Under the pieces are notes generated by a model. The model was not told the origin of the DNA and did not search any database. It saw only the letters and a program-made list of their open reading frames with translations. 64,000 bases of DNA, taken from contig NC_058368.1 of assembly GCF_018350175.1 (NCBI RefSeq), forward strand, positions 202,370,001 to 202,434,000, read 5' to 3'. Shown piece by piece: positions 39,645-52,938 of the stretch; position 1 is the stretch's first letter; every line of letters starts with the position of its first letter. A program made the translations under genes and the position numbers. Origin of the DNA: Felis catus. Lineage: Eukaryota.

Positions 39645-40734
39645 ACCAAAAAGGAAAGTAAAGTTTCTCTAAATGGACACCAATATTTCAGAGCGCAGGA
39701 GTGTTTTTTAATTCATTTCTCAATTCCAGTAAGGTCAAAGCTTGTCCTTTGGTGTGATTCTTTGCCCTCCTTTTCCAGTTAAAAATACATCCCTAATTCC
39801 AGGTCATTTATTTCAAAATGAAAACATTTGTTTGCAAATTAATAAAACACCATATGCTACAAAAAAGGGCTATTAGTGCTAAAAAAATAACTAAAAATGT
39901 AATCTTTGTTTGCAAGAATCTTAAGAAGAGGGGATGTGCGTGGGCCAGTATAAAGTAATTGCCGCTATTGGCCTGGGTGGGTGGGAGAACAAAACGAATC
40001 GACAAAACCTTGAAATGTAAGGTTTTGTCAATTGCTAGGGAAAACCAGAATCATAAAACTTAACCTCTTTTAACCTAGTTTATGCATGCTAATTGATTCA
40101 GAGACAAAAACAATAATAGTCTCGGTTATAATAGTATGCAACTTCATTTCCAGACTTTCCCTGAAATTTCTTGCAAAAGAGGTGGAGAAAGTTAGCTCTG
40201 AGTCTCAAAGTCAATCAATGGCCTCTTTGTTGGTGAGGGTACCGCCTCCTCTCTCTCAGACAATGGGTCATGCGGCCTTGGGAGTGAAAGGTTAAAGGAG
40301 AACACGACTTTAAGAAGGAAAGTAAATTTTATTCAGTTGTGTTGGCAAATTATTAACCCCAGTTTGTCTTATTCATTCATTCATTTATTCATTCCGTCAT
40401 CTGGTAATGAAACATTTAATGATTTTCAATGCCAAGAAACATGTGAATTTGAAAAAAATCTATATGCTTTGTACTAAAATAAGAAGTACATTATTTCAGT
40501 CAGGAACACAGGCAGCATTAAAGTCAGATAGATCATGGCGAAGAGGTAGCTCTGCCGCATAAAAGCTATGTCAAATTTTTTTGTTCATAAGTTCTCCATC
40601 CTAGTGTACAAAATGGAGACAGTATTTGCCTCGCGGACATAAAGTGAGGTAACCCATGGAGCACATAGCAGAGAGCCAAGCACAGAGTAAGCTGGTATTA
40701 ATGAAGTATATGCTTTTTCTTTATTAATTTAAAT

Positions 40735-42245
40735 TACCTTGTGAATTTTTCCCTTCATTCTGTTGCTGTGGTAAATTGCATTGAATGATTTTTTTGTATG
40801 TTGAACCAGTAAATCACAGTTGGTCATGGTGTATAATTCTTTTAAAATGTCACTGAATGCGTGCTGCTATTATTTTGTTGAGGATTTTTGCAGCAGTGTT
40901 GATAAGGGGTTGCTATAAGTTTTCTCTTCTTTTGATATGTTTATTTGTCTGGCTTTGGTATGAGGGTTATGCTAGTCTTATAGAATGATCAGGAAATATT
41001 CTGTCCTCTTCAGTTTTTTTGAAAAGTATAAGCACTATTGGTATTCACTGTTCCTTAAATGTTTGGTAGAATTCACCAGTGAAACCATCAGGTCCAGGGT
41101 ATTTCTTCCTTGGGAGATATTTTATTCAGTCCTTGTGCTAGTTCTAAGTCTATTTAGGTTTCCTGTTTCTTCATGATTTAGGTTTTGTGTTTCTAGAAAT
41201 GTGTCCATTTCATTTAGGCATATGATTGCTCATAGTACTCTATTAGAATCAGTAATAATGTTTAGTAGCTTAAATCTTTTAGTAGCTTAAATCATCCCCC
41301 CCCCCCAGTCCATGTAGCTCAAAGTTTGCCAATTTTGTTGATCTTTTCAAAGAGGTAACTTTTGATTTTGTTATTTATTGCCATTGTTTTTGTTCTCTAT
41401 TTCATATATCTTTTCTTTAATCTGTATTATTTCCTTCTTCCTGATAGCTTTGGATTTAATTTGTTCTTTTCCTAGTTTCTTTTGTTGTAAAGTTAGGCTG
41501 TCGATTTATGATCTTTCTTGTCCTTTTCTAACGTAAGCATTTATGGCTATAAATTTCCCCCTTAGCGCTGCTTTTGCTGTGTCCCATAAGTATGTTCTAG
41601 TTTTGTTTTCATTTATCCTATGCATTTTTTAACTTCCCTTATGATTTCTTCTTTGATCTGTTGGTTGAGAGCATGTTGCTTAATTTCTACAAATTTGTGA
41701 ATTTTCCAGTTTTATTTCTGTTACCAATTTCTTCTTCCCATTGTGGTCAGATAAGATACTTTGTATGATATCTATCTTTTAAAATCTATTGAGGCTAATT
41801 TGTGACCTACCTTGGTGTTTATTCTGTGAACTTGAGAAGAATATTTATGCTGCTGTTGTATATGTTCTCTATATATCTAGTAGATCTTGTTTGTTTATTG
41901 TGCTGTTTACATCCTCTTTACTTATCTTCTGTCTGGTTGCTCTGTCCATTAATGAGAGTAGGGTATTGAAGGGTCCAACTATTATTATAGAACTATCTAT
42001 TTCTCTTTTTAATTCTGTCAGTTTCTGCTTCATATACGTTGGTGGTCTTGACATCAGGTGTATAAATGTTTATAAATGTTACATCCTGTTGTTATATTGA
42101 AACTTTTATTAATATATAGTGTCCTCCTTCATCTCATAACTTTTTGATTTAAAGTCTACTTTTCGTGATATTAATATAGCTAACCTGCTCTCTTTTGGTT
42201 ACTAGTGTATGGGATATCTTTCTCCATCTATTCACTTTCTATCTA
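40735..42245 (-). mobile_element. Old L1 ORF2 5' (endonuclease) fragment
   Basis: ORF 41869-42054 (-) MKQKLTELKREIDSSIIIVGPFNTLLSLMDRATRQKISKEDVNSTINKQDLLDI is L1 ORF2p endonuclease-like. The flanking sequence is decayed antisense L1. Confidence 0.9.
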
Positions 42246-43666
42246 ATTTTTCCATGTTTACTTTGTAGTAATGCAGGTGAATTCAGAAATATCTCTTATT
42301 AATTATGACAGCTAAGCAGTTGATTCTTCTGGGTTTTCGAAAGGGAGACAGTATTATCAACTGAAAAAAACTACGCATGGCAGATACGCTGGGTGTGAGT
42401 GTCTTGTTCTGACATTAACAGCCCCAGTGTTTCATATTGAGCATCATGCTGGCAGTTGCCTTCCAGACAGACAGGCGAGTATGCCTGTGCATAAGACACA
42501 GAGAGATTGTGAGGTTGCCTGTGGTGAACTATTCTTTTCACCATTCCTTACCATGGCCGTCTTCAACAGAGACAGCTCTGATTTCATTTTCCTACATGTG
42601 AAATATGTCTTCACAGACAGAATTCTTCTGTCTTACTAAGAGGACTAAAATGTTTTATCTTTGAAATCTTTAGGTTTCACTGAGAGTTTTCCAATAAGCT
42701 GTCAAACTTCAAGTCGCCCATCTATCTTTTTTGTCTCATTTCACATGTGCTTGCGTCTGCTGCATGGAGATTTTATTTTAGTTTCATATTAATCTTCTGC
42801 TGCTGTCTGCAATTTGATCTTAAGCAGAGTATTAAAGGAAACAGAGAACATTGTAAAAGATGCATGATCCTTGTATGTACCGAACAGCACCCATTACAAC
42901 CACAGAAGGGACATTCTCGTGAAATGAATTCATAACTGATATGCCCTGATGAGTCCTCAGTCATCAGATTCCTCTGAAATGCAAGGCACTTTGACATCAT
43001 GGACATCGAATGATATAGAGTCAAACATGATGGCAGTCCTATTTCAAAGACGACTGGAAAAAAAGCCATTCTAAGTTAGCCCAATGGATTTCAGCTTGAG
43101 ACAGTTTATCAATGAACAGACATGGAAACTTGCTAGAAGACATTATCCTCAAAATTTATGCCTGTCCTGGGGGCACACATGTGTCTGGAGTGAATTACAT
43201 GAAGGATAGGATGATGAAGAAAAGCAAGTGACAAAAGGAAAGTAAAATTTAGGTCTGGGGCTGGGGGACTGGGAAGATAAAGATTTGCAGAGCCTAACTT
43301 GCTCTTATCTGTAATTCTGATCTCCCCAATCTGGCTGTGAGCAAATAAATCAGTCCCTGATTTCTAACATGGTCAAAAAACTTTTCTAACTCATGCGGTG
43401 AATTCAGAAATAAAAGAGAAAATTAAACAATGGAAGCAATTTATCCATTCTAGCCACAGAAGCCTAGCTTGTGATTGGTTCACATTTTAAAATATATTTG
43501 CTGATTCCGTCTGTCTGTCTCTCTCATGGCTTTCATTCTGTTCTAATCTTGCAAGTTCTTTCTTGTTGCTAAGGAAGCTTGTTATTTAAGCCTATGTTTT
43601 AAACAACTTTAATCAACAGTTTGAAAGTAAAATGAAGAAACTTGACTTTTTCTGTTGCTGACAACT

Positions 43667-43702
43667 AAATTTTTTACTTTTATTATTTTTGAAAAAAACC
43701 AT

Positions 43703-43737
<35 letters not shown>

Positions 43738-43930
43738 TTTTTTGAGGGAGAGAAAGCACATGCAAGCTGGGGAGGAGGGGAGGAAAAAGGAGAGAGAGAG
43801 AATCTCCTGCAGGCTCCACTCCCAGCACAGAGCCCGACATGGGGCTTGATCTCATGACCATGAGATCATGGCCTGAGTCGAAATCAAGCGTTGGATGCTT
43901 AATTAACTGACTGAGCCACCCAGGAGCCCC
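43667..43930 (-). mobile_element. Can-SINE with (TTTA)n-expanded tail
   Basis: Body ends gagccacccaggagcccc. (TTTA)n at ~43702-43740. tgacaact repeated on both flanks. Confidence 0.92.
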
Positions 43931-46140
43931 TTTCGGTGACAACTCTGAGTTAATTAGCGAATCTAATGTACACATTCTCAAAATTTAAAAAATAGTATAG
44001 TTTTTTTGAGATTTTAAATGAATGGCAAATGGCCTCAAAGCTGTACCTGGAGCAATGACTTGTGACCCTGCTTTAGACATTTCTTCGTTGTATTTTGGAA
44101 ACATGTTAAGTAATTCTGTCATATTAATTTAGAACAGACACTGAAACTGAGAAGAATTCTGACTAAAATAACTGCCTGGTCATGATTAAGATTAAGTTGA
44201 AATAGAACAAATAAAAGGATTGGCCAGAAGAAAAGAGAAACTGACTTAAACTCAGTTAGCATAACATTTTAGATGGTATATTTTTAAATTATTATAAAAT
44301 TTAAAATTTATGTTAAAATATACATTGTCATGCCCATGACTGAAAATAGAGTGATTGGAGAAGCATGCAGAATGGGAGAAGAGTAGAGAACATCTTTAGT
44401 CTAATAAAGAAAAGCTGCCTGAGTAATCGGGCCTTTCTTAGGAAGAACTGTGCTTTAGGCAGTGTTTGTTTTTATCCATCCCTTTGGCTTCCTTCTGTCC
44501 TTGGCACCTGGTATCCTCATATAACCCCTTGGATTTCCAAAGTCCCCACTTCGCTAGTTGAGAGCACTACATTGTTCATATTTCCCCTATTTTTTACCAT
44601 TGAAGTTTGGCCACCTATACTTATTTCTTAGGGCTCTGGTTTTTGATTAGTTGAAAACAGATGGTGTCTGAGTCAGGATGGAGCTCGCTGAAAAAGGAGA
44701 TTTAGCATAGACTATGGGAAGTAGAATGGTAGGGGTTATCTTACACAATTAGAACAGAGGACTACTAGCTTCTTGGCTTTGCTTCTTTCGACTTTTTTCT
44801 CTGTTCTCTGCTTCCTTTCTCGGGTTGTTAACCCCTCATGAGGGCATCCAGTTGTCTTCTTTTGTCTTTATCCTTGTTAATTGGCTTCACTGCTGCTTGG
44901 TTTTTCAGGAAAGCACCTTGATTGACCCCATTCATTTTTTCATGCTAGGCCATGGGGTGACCCCGTGCATAGATTCCCTCCCGGAGGTGCTCCCCTTTCT
45001 TCCCCTAAAATGTGGCTGTGGCTGACGGGAACCCGTTAGATCAGAGACTCTTGGCAGGGCAGGATTTCCTTTAAAGAGGCCGTGGGCAGGAAGGCAGTCC
45101 TTGTATCTGGAACAGATGTTTTGGCACATTTGGGAGTCTTGAAGCTCTTCAGACTCTGGGGCTGCCCTGCTGAGTGATGGGCGAGTTTGGCAGCACATCT
45201 TGCTTCCTTTAGCTGATCTGGTGTGTTTGGGAGACGCTGAGGGGGACAGGAGGAATCTCAGAATGCTTTCTTCAGCATCAGTAGCACCTTTTAGGTCTCA
45301 CTTGAGAATACTTTCCCTCATCTGAAATGGTGATTACATTCTGCCTAAATTCCAAGACATCTTGGCTTCCTGGCGAGGTGTAGGTGAACTCTGACCAACA
45401 TGCATGCCTCTTAGTGTGTTTTATTGATTACATAACTTATCTAAAAAGATAGGTCAGCTCTGGCGAGTTTTCCCTAACACATTTTTTTTTTCTCAGTGTT
45501 AGCAGCTGGAAGACTTGCTCGCATGTGTGTTGATGTGTTGTGGCCTTGGGAAGAAAGAAATCCCACCCCCTGCTTAAGGAGCTCTGAGAGAATAAACAAG
45601 GATAAGTGTAAGGAGGTCAGCTGTCTGTCCCTTGGTGCCACATCTTCATCACAGCCCTAAGCAGCTGATTGCTCCTGGTTACCCAGACCCGGTCCCTTTC
45701 GGTGTCTGCTTCCTTCCGAAACACACACGCACACACACACATACACACAACTTCCCTTTTACTCATGAAATTTATTATCCGATGTCGAATCTTACTTTCG
45801 TATGTACATCTAGCTTTACACGTGAATTTTCTGCATGCAGAGCCAAGCTCTCTCCCTTTCCCAATCTGTAACATCATTCAAACAGGCGTTCAGACAATGT
45901 GACAATGCCTCAGTGAGTTTCAGGGTGTTTATTTCTTTCGGACGAACATAATCCGCTAGCTCAGTCTTTCTCTGCCTCTCTGCCTCTCTCTCTCCTCTTA
46001 CGTGCAAACATACACCGACTCTCTCACAACATGTACAAATAAATGCCTCGGAGGGCTCCCGAGTTCAATGTCACGCTGGGCAGAAGTGGAGCAAGAGTGC
46101 AGGGAGAGTGCGCGCTGTGCGGGCGGGGAGAGAGCCTTTC

Positions 46141-46159
46141 CGGCCAGCAGAGGGCAGCC
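46141..46159 (+). promoter_or_regulatory. CTCF consensus motif in HCN1 promoter
   Basis: CGGCCAGCAGAGGGCAGCC; core CCAGCAGAGGGCAGC fits CCASYAGRKGGCRSY at every position. Confidence 0.6.
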
Positions 46160-46261
46160 GAGGGGAGGCGCTGGCGCGCGAGGGCTGAGCGGAGCCTCGC
46201 CTCGCTCGGGCAGCCTGAGCCTCAGCACCAGCCGCGGCGGAACCGGGAGCGCAGCCACTGA

Positions 46262-46876
<615 letters not shown>

Positions 46877-47961
46877 TGAGGACTCCCTGCCGCCGCCCCA
46901 CCCTCCCTTCCGGGCGCGCCCTCCAACACGCGTCCCCGCACCTGGGAGGGGGCGCCCGGGGACTCGGAGGGAGGGGTTGCGGGCCGGGAGGGGGGTGGCG
47001 CTGCCGGCGGCTTCCACTCCGGCTGCTCGGGCTCCACTCTTCAACTAGTTTCCGCCGAGGAGGGGGTGGGATGAGGAGCTCCTGTTGCCGGGAATCCCAG
47101 GGAGGTTTCGCCTCCTTTGCCTTGTGAACTTTGGGGATACATCGGGGAAGATGTGACCCCCCTCCCCCAGATGGGAGGATGCTAAGTTGTGCCAAAAAAC
47201 GACAACAACAACAAAAAAACAAAAAACCAAAAAACCAAAAAAAAACTTTTACTTCGGAGCTGAGAGTGTAAGGAAGCGGCCAGAAAGTCGTCTTTGGGGT
47301 GACACCCATCCTCGCGCTGCTCCCCGCCTTTCCCAAAGGGGAAGAAGGCGCTCCTGGGTTTGAGGAGAGGATGGGGCAAGCAGAGACAGTGACTCACAAG
47401 TCCTAGCTGTTCCAGCCGCTCTCACCCCTGGGGAATGTTAATCTGTTTTTCATCTGCTTATAGGCACTGGGCATCCTCAATGCATTTCTTCAGAATAGTG
47501 GCTGGCAGGCTCAAGAAGGGCAATTTGCGCTTGGATAGTCCCTGCCTTGAGATTTCAGCCGGGCAGGCGCTGCCAGCTTGGGCAGCAGCGTGGCAGGAAG
47601 CTTCGAGTTCCAGAAACAGACAGGGGGCGTTTCCAGAGCCCCCTCCCTGAGACTGAGAGACACCCTTTCTTGACCTTGACTACAAGTCTGTTTCGGAAAT
47701 CTCTTTCCCATTTCCCAGCCCGGGAACTAGGGCAGGAGGAGAGCTGTCCGCCAGGGAAACTGCTTCGGAGAATTAAAATTAAGACGTTTCCCGATCTTAT
47801 TTGTCGCCCAAGTATGTATTCGGTTATAAGCATGTTTAGAGATTATCAAATGAAGGTCGTGAAGTAGATCCTCTTATTAACGTGCGCACACGCTGCAGCT
47901 TCCGAATAAGGTTGGGTTTTCCATTTAAATTCTAAAACTCAGGGTGGCTTGCCTTTTCTTT

Positions 47962-47962
<1 letters not shown>

Positions 47963-48010
<48 letters not shown>
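47963..48010. repeat. (CTTT)12 microsatellite in HCN1 intron 1
   Basis: Twelve perfect units. Confidence 0.95.
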
Positions 48011-48012
<2 letters not shown>

Positions 48013-48177
48013 AAGTGAATTCATTCGAAAAAGAAAAAGAGTCAGTGAAAAAGAGTATATGTGCAAATTAAGCCGATTTAATAGGCGTCTATTAAACAGC
48101 AATCAAAGATAGCGATAAAAAGCAGCATTACTTTGAGTTATGTTTAAGGGAATTGCCATCGACTCCATGCCTCCGCA

Positions 48178-48198
48178 GGAGCTGTCCACAGTTCTGAA
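48178..48198 (-). promoter_or_regulatory. RE1/NRSE (REST/NRSF binding site) in HCN1 intron 1
   Basis: + strand GGAGCTGTCCACAGTTCTGAA; reverse complement TTCAGAACTGTGGACAGCTCC aligns to the RE1 consensus TTCAGCACCnnGGACAGCGCC with canonical spacing. HCN1 is an established REST target via an intron-1 NRSE. Confidence 0.9.
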
Positions 48199-50127
48199 TG
48201 ACATTAGCTTTGGAAAACCCAAACTCCTGCCGCACTAAAGCCTGGGAGTGAACGTCTTCACCTTCTTTGAATTTTATATATTGTCTCAGAAATCAGTAGC
48301 GTCTATTATTTATGCATAGAGTGAATGGCTTTTAGGAAGTGTATCATTTTAAGGTTCTTATTTACCAAAACATGTAACAAATTCCAAAGGAGGACTTATA
48401 GAATGTAATGACATTTATAGTCTATAGCAAATTAAGAGTTGGATTGTAAGAATGTTTACGTTGAAAAGGATCTAAATAAACTGCCACGTTTCCTCCCTCA
48501 GGAAGATAAGCAGACTTATAAATGACCTTGTTTTAAGGCACATTAGACTGTCATGTTCTTTAAAATTTTAAAGGTTAGAATCAAATGTAGAAAACTATCT
48601 CTCCCTCAATCCTCAGTGGAAATATGTTGCAACCTAGTACCCTTTTTTTTTTCTTTCATGAGAAAAACTTTACAAGGAAACAGGCTTCAGCCTTAATAAC
48701 AAAAGTAAGCATGGCGTTTCCAGTAATATATGTGGTTCACTGTTCACATGCAAATAAAATGCTACACTTTATTTATTTTACCTCAATTGAGTGATCCCTT
48801 TTGATTACTTTTACTTTTATTTCTTGAACAATGTAAAAAGAGACTACACTTTTCAAAATGTGGCACATGGTACATAATTAAACTTTTACCTCCTACTGAA
48901 TAAAAACATAGGGCCACCTTTCAGGAATTGGAATAGTGTGCCAGAATCTTTTGAATAAATGAAATTCGTGAAATTAAAGATTCTCCACATTTTCTCAAGT
49001 GAATCATCTGAGACAAATATCAAACAACAAAAAAAGTGACTAAGAAATAAATTGAGATCAGATGATGGTTAACTTTTACCATACACTTCAAATAAATGAG
49101 AAATGATTAAAAAGTGAGGTAATACTCTAAACAAAATCCAGTGTGGAGTAGTTTGCAATACTGGATTTTCTCTTGCATAACTGGACGAAAGGAAATGTCA
49201 GACACAAATTAAACAATTACTAGGTTTAGGTTTCTAACTGGAAGGTATCTGAAAAAGATTTTAAAACTCGCAATTACAATATATGTTTTTCCGAAAGAAA
49301 AAACTAAGGAAGTAATGATGTAAATACTTATTTGCCTATGTCAAGACATTTAAATCTTATTATTATTTCATTAACATTTTTATATGATATCAATAAGATT
49401 TCTCAGAACCTATATAACATGTCAGGATAATGTAACGGAAAAAGCAGAAATAAGAAAGACAAAACTCTGGCAGTACTTTTTTTCCTAAAGGACAAGAAAT
49501 ATGGGAAAAATCTCTAACATAGTAGAAATGTTATGGTTATGATCTGTTCACCTCAGGCTCTTTCCTGAAGAAGACACTTTAAGGGCAGGGCTTCGCTATG
49601 ATTCCTACAATGCCAAACTGATGTTCAGTAATAATTCAGCGACTGAGAAAGTGACACTTAAGAATCAGTTTCCATGGAGGGGTGGGAGATACTGAAATAA
49701 AGTTTTTTTTTTCTTTTTTAACTTGATACTTTCATAAGCTTTTGCATGGCCAAGAAAGTTTACTCATTCTGCTATTTGGTCAGTCCCATCCTGCTGAATG
49801 TAGGGGAGTCTGCCACTCCGGGGTAGGTCAGGACTTTACCACTGTGCTGGTGATCCAGTGTCCCTTTTTAGGATGACTTCTGAGCCAAGGCCTTTTCCAC
49901 TTCCTGGGCTTTGCTCCCACTGAGACTCCCGCAGAGCTAACTAGGTGCTTCTCTCACCTGCCCAAGAGAGCTATTGCTGTGTCTGGCATGTAGTTTTCTC
50001 CTATCTCCGGTGTAAGTAGGGCAGAGGCTCTGTATTTCCCTTCTTTCTCAGGAGAGGATGATGTTAGAAGCCTTCAGGGACTAAAGAAGAGTCAAATACT
50101 ACCAAAACTGTTAGAAATAACCGGGTG

Positions 50128-50285
50128 GCAGAAAGGGAGATGTGATGATGGAAGCAGAGATCACAGTGATGTCCCAGGAGTCAAAGAGTGCATTCAGTGT
50201 CTAAAAGCTGGAAACAGCAAGGAGTGGATTCTCCCCTAGAGCCTCCAGAAGGAACATAGCCTTTGATTTTAGTCTTGTAAGACTT
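50128..50285 (+). mobile_element. MaLR LTR fragment (MLT1D-like)
   Basis: gatgtgatgatggaagcagag...aagctggaaacagcaagg...gattctcccctagagcctccagaaggaac. Confidence 0.75.
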
Positions 50286-50433
50286 GTTTTTTTCTCTTTG
50301 TTTGTTTGTTTTTAGAAATAACTGGGTGGGAGCTAGAGAGTTTAGTAAAAAAGAAAATCTTATGTTTTTGTCTATACCATGGTATATAATCATCCAAACT
50401 AGGGAAAATATAGTTACTTAAAAAGTAAAAGTA

Positions 50434-50839
50434 GGAGCACCTGGCTGACTTAATCAGTTAAGTGGCGGCCGACTCTTGATCTCGGCTCAGGTCATGATCT
50501 CACCATTTGTGATTTTGAGCCCTGCCTCAGGCTCTGTGCTGACAGTGTGGAGCCTGCTTGAAATTCTCTCTTCCACCATAAGAGACTCTTAAAATACAGA
50601 GAACAAACTGAGGGTTGATGGGGGGTGGGGGAGAGGGGAAAGTGGGTGATGGGCATTGAAGAGGGCACTTATTGGGATGAGCACTTGGTGTTGTATGGGA
50701 GCCAATTTGACAATAAATTATCTTTAAAAAAAGTCTCTCTTCCCCGTCTCTCTGCCCCTCCCCCACTTGTACATGCATCTTCTCTCTCTTTCTCTCTTGC
50801 TCTCAAAATAAATAAACAAGCTTAAAAAAACCAAAAAGA
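50434..50839 (+). mobile_element. Can-SINE interrupted by a nested L1 3' fragment
   Basis: SINE 5' half at 50434-50574 and 3' half from ~50744. Outer TSD aaaaagtaaaa(g/t)ta at 50420-50433 and 50840-50853. Confidence 0.93.
50575..50729 (+). mobile_element. 5'-truncated felid L1 3' end nested in a SINE
   Basis: accataagagactcttaa...gagaacaaactgagggttgatggggg...caatttgacaataaatt plus A tail. TSD aaa(t/g)tctctcttcc at 50561-50574 and 50730-50743. Confidence 0.92.
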
Positions 50840-52814
50840 AAAAAGTAAAATTATACTGGTCTTTGTGTAGTAAGGACACAGTCTCAGTCTTGCTGAGTTT
50901 CATGTGTAACACACACACAAAAAGAAATATCTAGGAGGTTAAATGTGATTTTTCTTGAGATTACTATATATAGTAATTGAGTGATTATATATTTATTAGC
51001 TAAAATTTTATTTTTTATTTATTTAATAAAAAGGTGACTCTGGCCTAGCATTGTGCTTTCACAGCTAATCTATAGTTATGACATAATCATTCAAATGGAT
51101 TGAAGGAATAGAGGACTTTTCTGGATGGTTTTTATTATCTGAGTAATTTGCCTTGGAAGAATCTATCCCCAGACCTTTTGCCATTTCAGGGATTCTGACA
51201 TTATTTTCCTGGGTCACACTTATATATAGGGCTCTTTTATAGATAATGTTCCCATTTCATGTATATTGTCGGCCAACATCTTGCCTCTGATAAGGGAGGA
51301 GATTTTATATCTTGGCTTGTTATTTCTTCCACTACTTTTCCTCAATTAGTATGAACAACTGTACGAAAAGCTTATTGTGTCGTAAGTACACAAGGACTCT
51401 AGAGACGGGAGTCACTTCCTGAAGCTATTGCCATTTCTGGCCTTCCATCTCTGCTTCGTGTTGCAGCCACAATAATAGTGATGTCAGAGGTCACTGATAT
51501 GTTCATTAGTGAAGGGAGGCTTCGCCCATATTACACAGTAAGTCAGAGACAGGCCTTTGTTTCTAGGAGCTTCTCAGGAAAAAACAATTCAACCTTCTGG
51601 GGTTTAAGGACTAATTAGCCTACTGTTATGTTATCTTTGTGCTAAATGCAATCTGTACGCTCCCAGCAATGCTCCTTTTATTTGTTTTCCATATCAACAC
51701 AGCCAAAATTAACCATAAGAATTTATTTATTTTCTCTGTTAGGTGAAACTTTTTATATCTTATAAATTCAATTAAGTTTTTCCTAGTGACTCTACCAACT
51801 GTTAGGCCCAATTAAAGTGAAATGATTTGGAAGTATGAATTTAGTCCATTACTTTTTCTTAGTATCCATTTAAGTTGCAAAACTTTAAATTTTATTTGAT
51901 GTTTCACTATTTAATTGCATTTGATAGATATTAGTGTGACATTATACTATTAAAATGTTACAAGATGTTTTGCATTTTTTTTCTGAGCAACTTTCCCTTT
52001 AAACCTACTTTTGGGACTTATTATAAATTGAGAATCTTTGGGCAGATGCATTTTTACCAATTCACATTTAATTATGTTGACTTGTATTTATGAACTTGAA
52101 CGTTGATGAGTAATGCAAGAATTTTAAATGCATTAGAATATACATTACTCATTATCAAAAGCTTATTTAACAAAATCTAATTAAGCTATATCTACTTGGT
52201 CAAAAACCACAAACTGAAGCAACACCAACACCAAAAAGCAATTTAAGTAGTATTTGTAATTCTGCATTATTCATTATTCAATGAACCTATATCCCAAAGT
52301 GAGTAAGAGGCAGGCAAAATATATCTGATGTGATGCTTATGTGAACATTTTGCCATTCTAAGTGTAATTCTTTTCTTTAGCAGATAATTCACTTCATTAC
52401 TTAGAGACAAGTAAGTAATGGGTTAAGGGTAAGGACTTTCAAATATAGTTTCTTATAATTAAAATACAAATTATGGCAAACCATAGTACCACAATGAAGA
52501 GTGCTGAACGTTTTCAGAGTCTGTGAAAAATTTTCGTTTTATCATTTTGTACAAAGAAGTAACAAACTATGAGGCAGCAGAGGTGGTGATAATGAAGAAA
52601 AAATCTGCATATACTAGGAAAAAAGACTTTTTACTTAGACTGAATACTTTTCTTCTACAAATAAATTTCTTTGTGAAGGCATCTTGACACAACTTACCAT
52701 TATTTTTTTTCAAAAAAAAAAAAATCAAAGGAACATGGTGATGCTCCCTGGTGCATCCTGGTATTATCTGTGTTATTGCAAAAGAAACCATTCTGATGCT
52801 ATTAATTCTCTGTG

Positions 52815-52816
<2 letters not shown>

Positions 52817-52855
<39 letters not shown>

Positions 52856-52856
52856 T
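52817..52856. repeat. (TG)n microsatellite
   Basis: Read directly from the sequence. Confidence 0.95.
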
Positions 52857-52938
52857 TGTGCATGTGGAATGAAACTATTCAAGGGACCTCTGTACACGAT
52901 TATATGCACACAGCATATATATTGATGTTGATTATTTT

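Noticed and set aside
42940..42990. Hammerhead ribozyme-like CTGATGA...GAAA
   Set aside because: No stem II can form before GAAA, CTGATGA instead pairs with the downstream TCATCAG, and stems I/III with a cleavage triplet are absent.
45620..45640. Additional RE1 site (tctgtcccttggtgccac)
   Set aside because: Wrong half-site spacing and mismatches in both halves.
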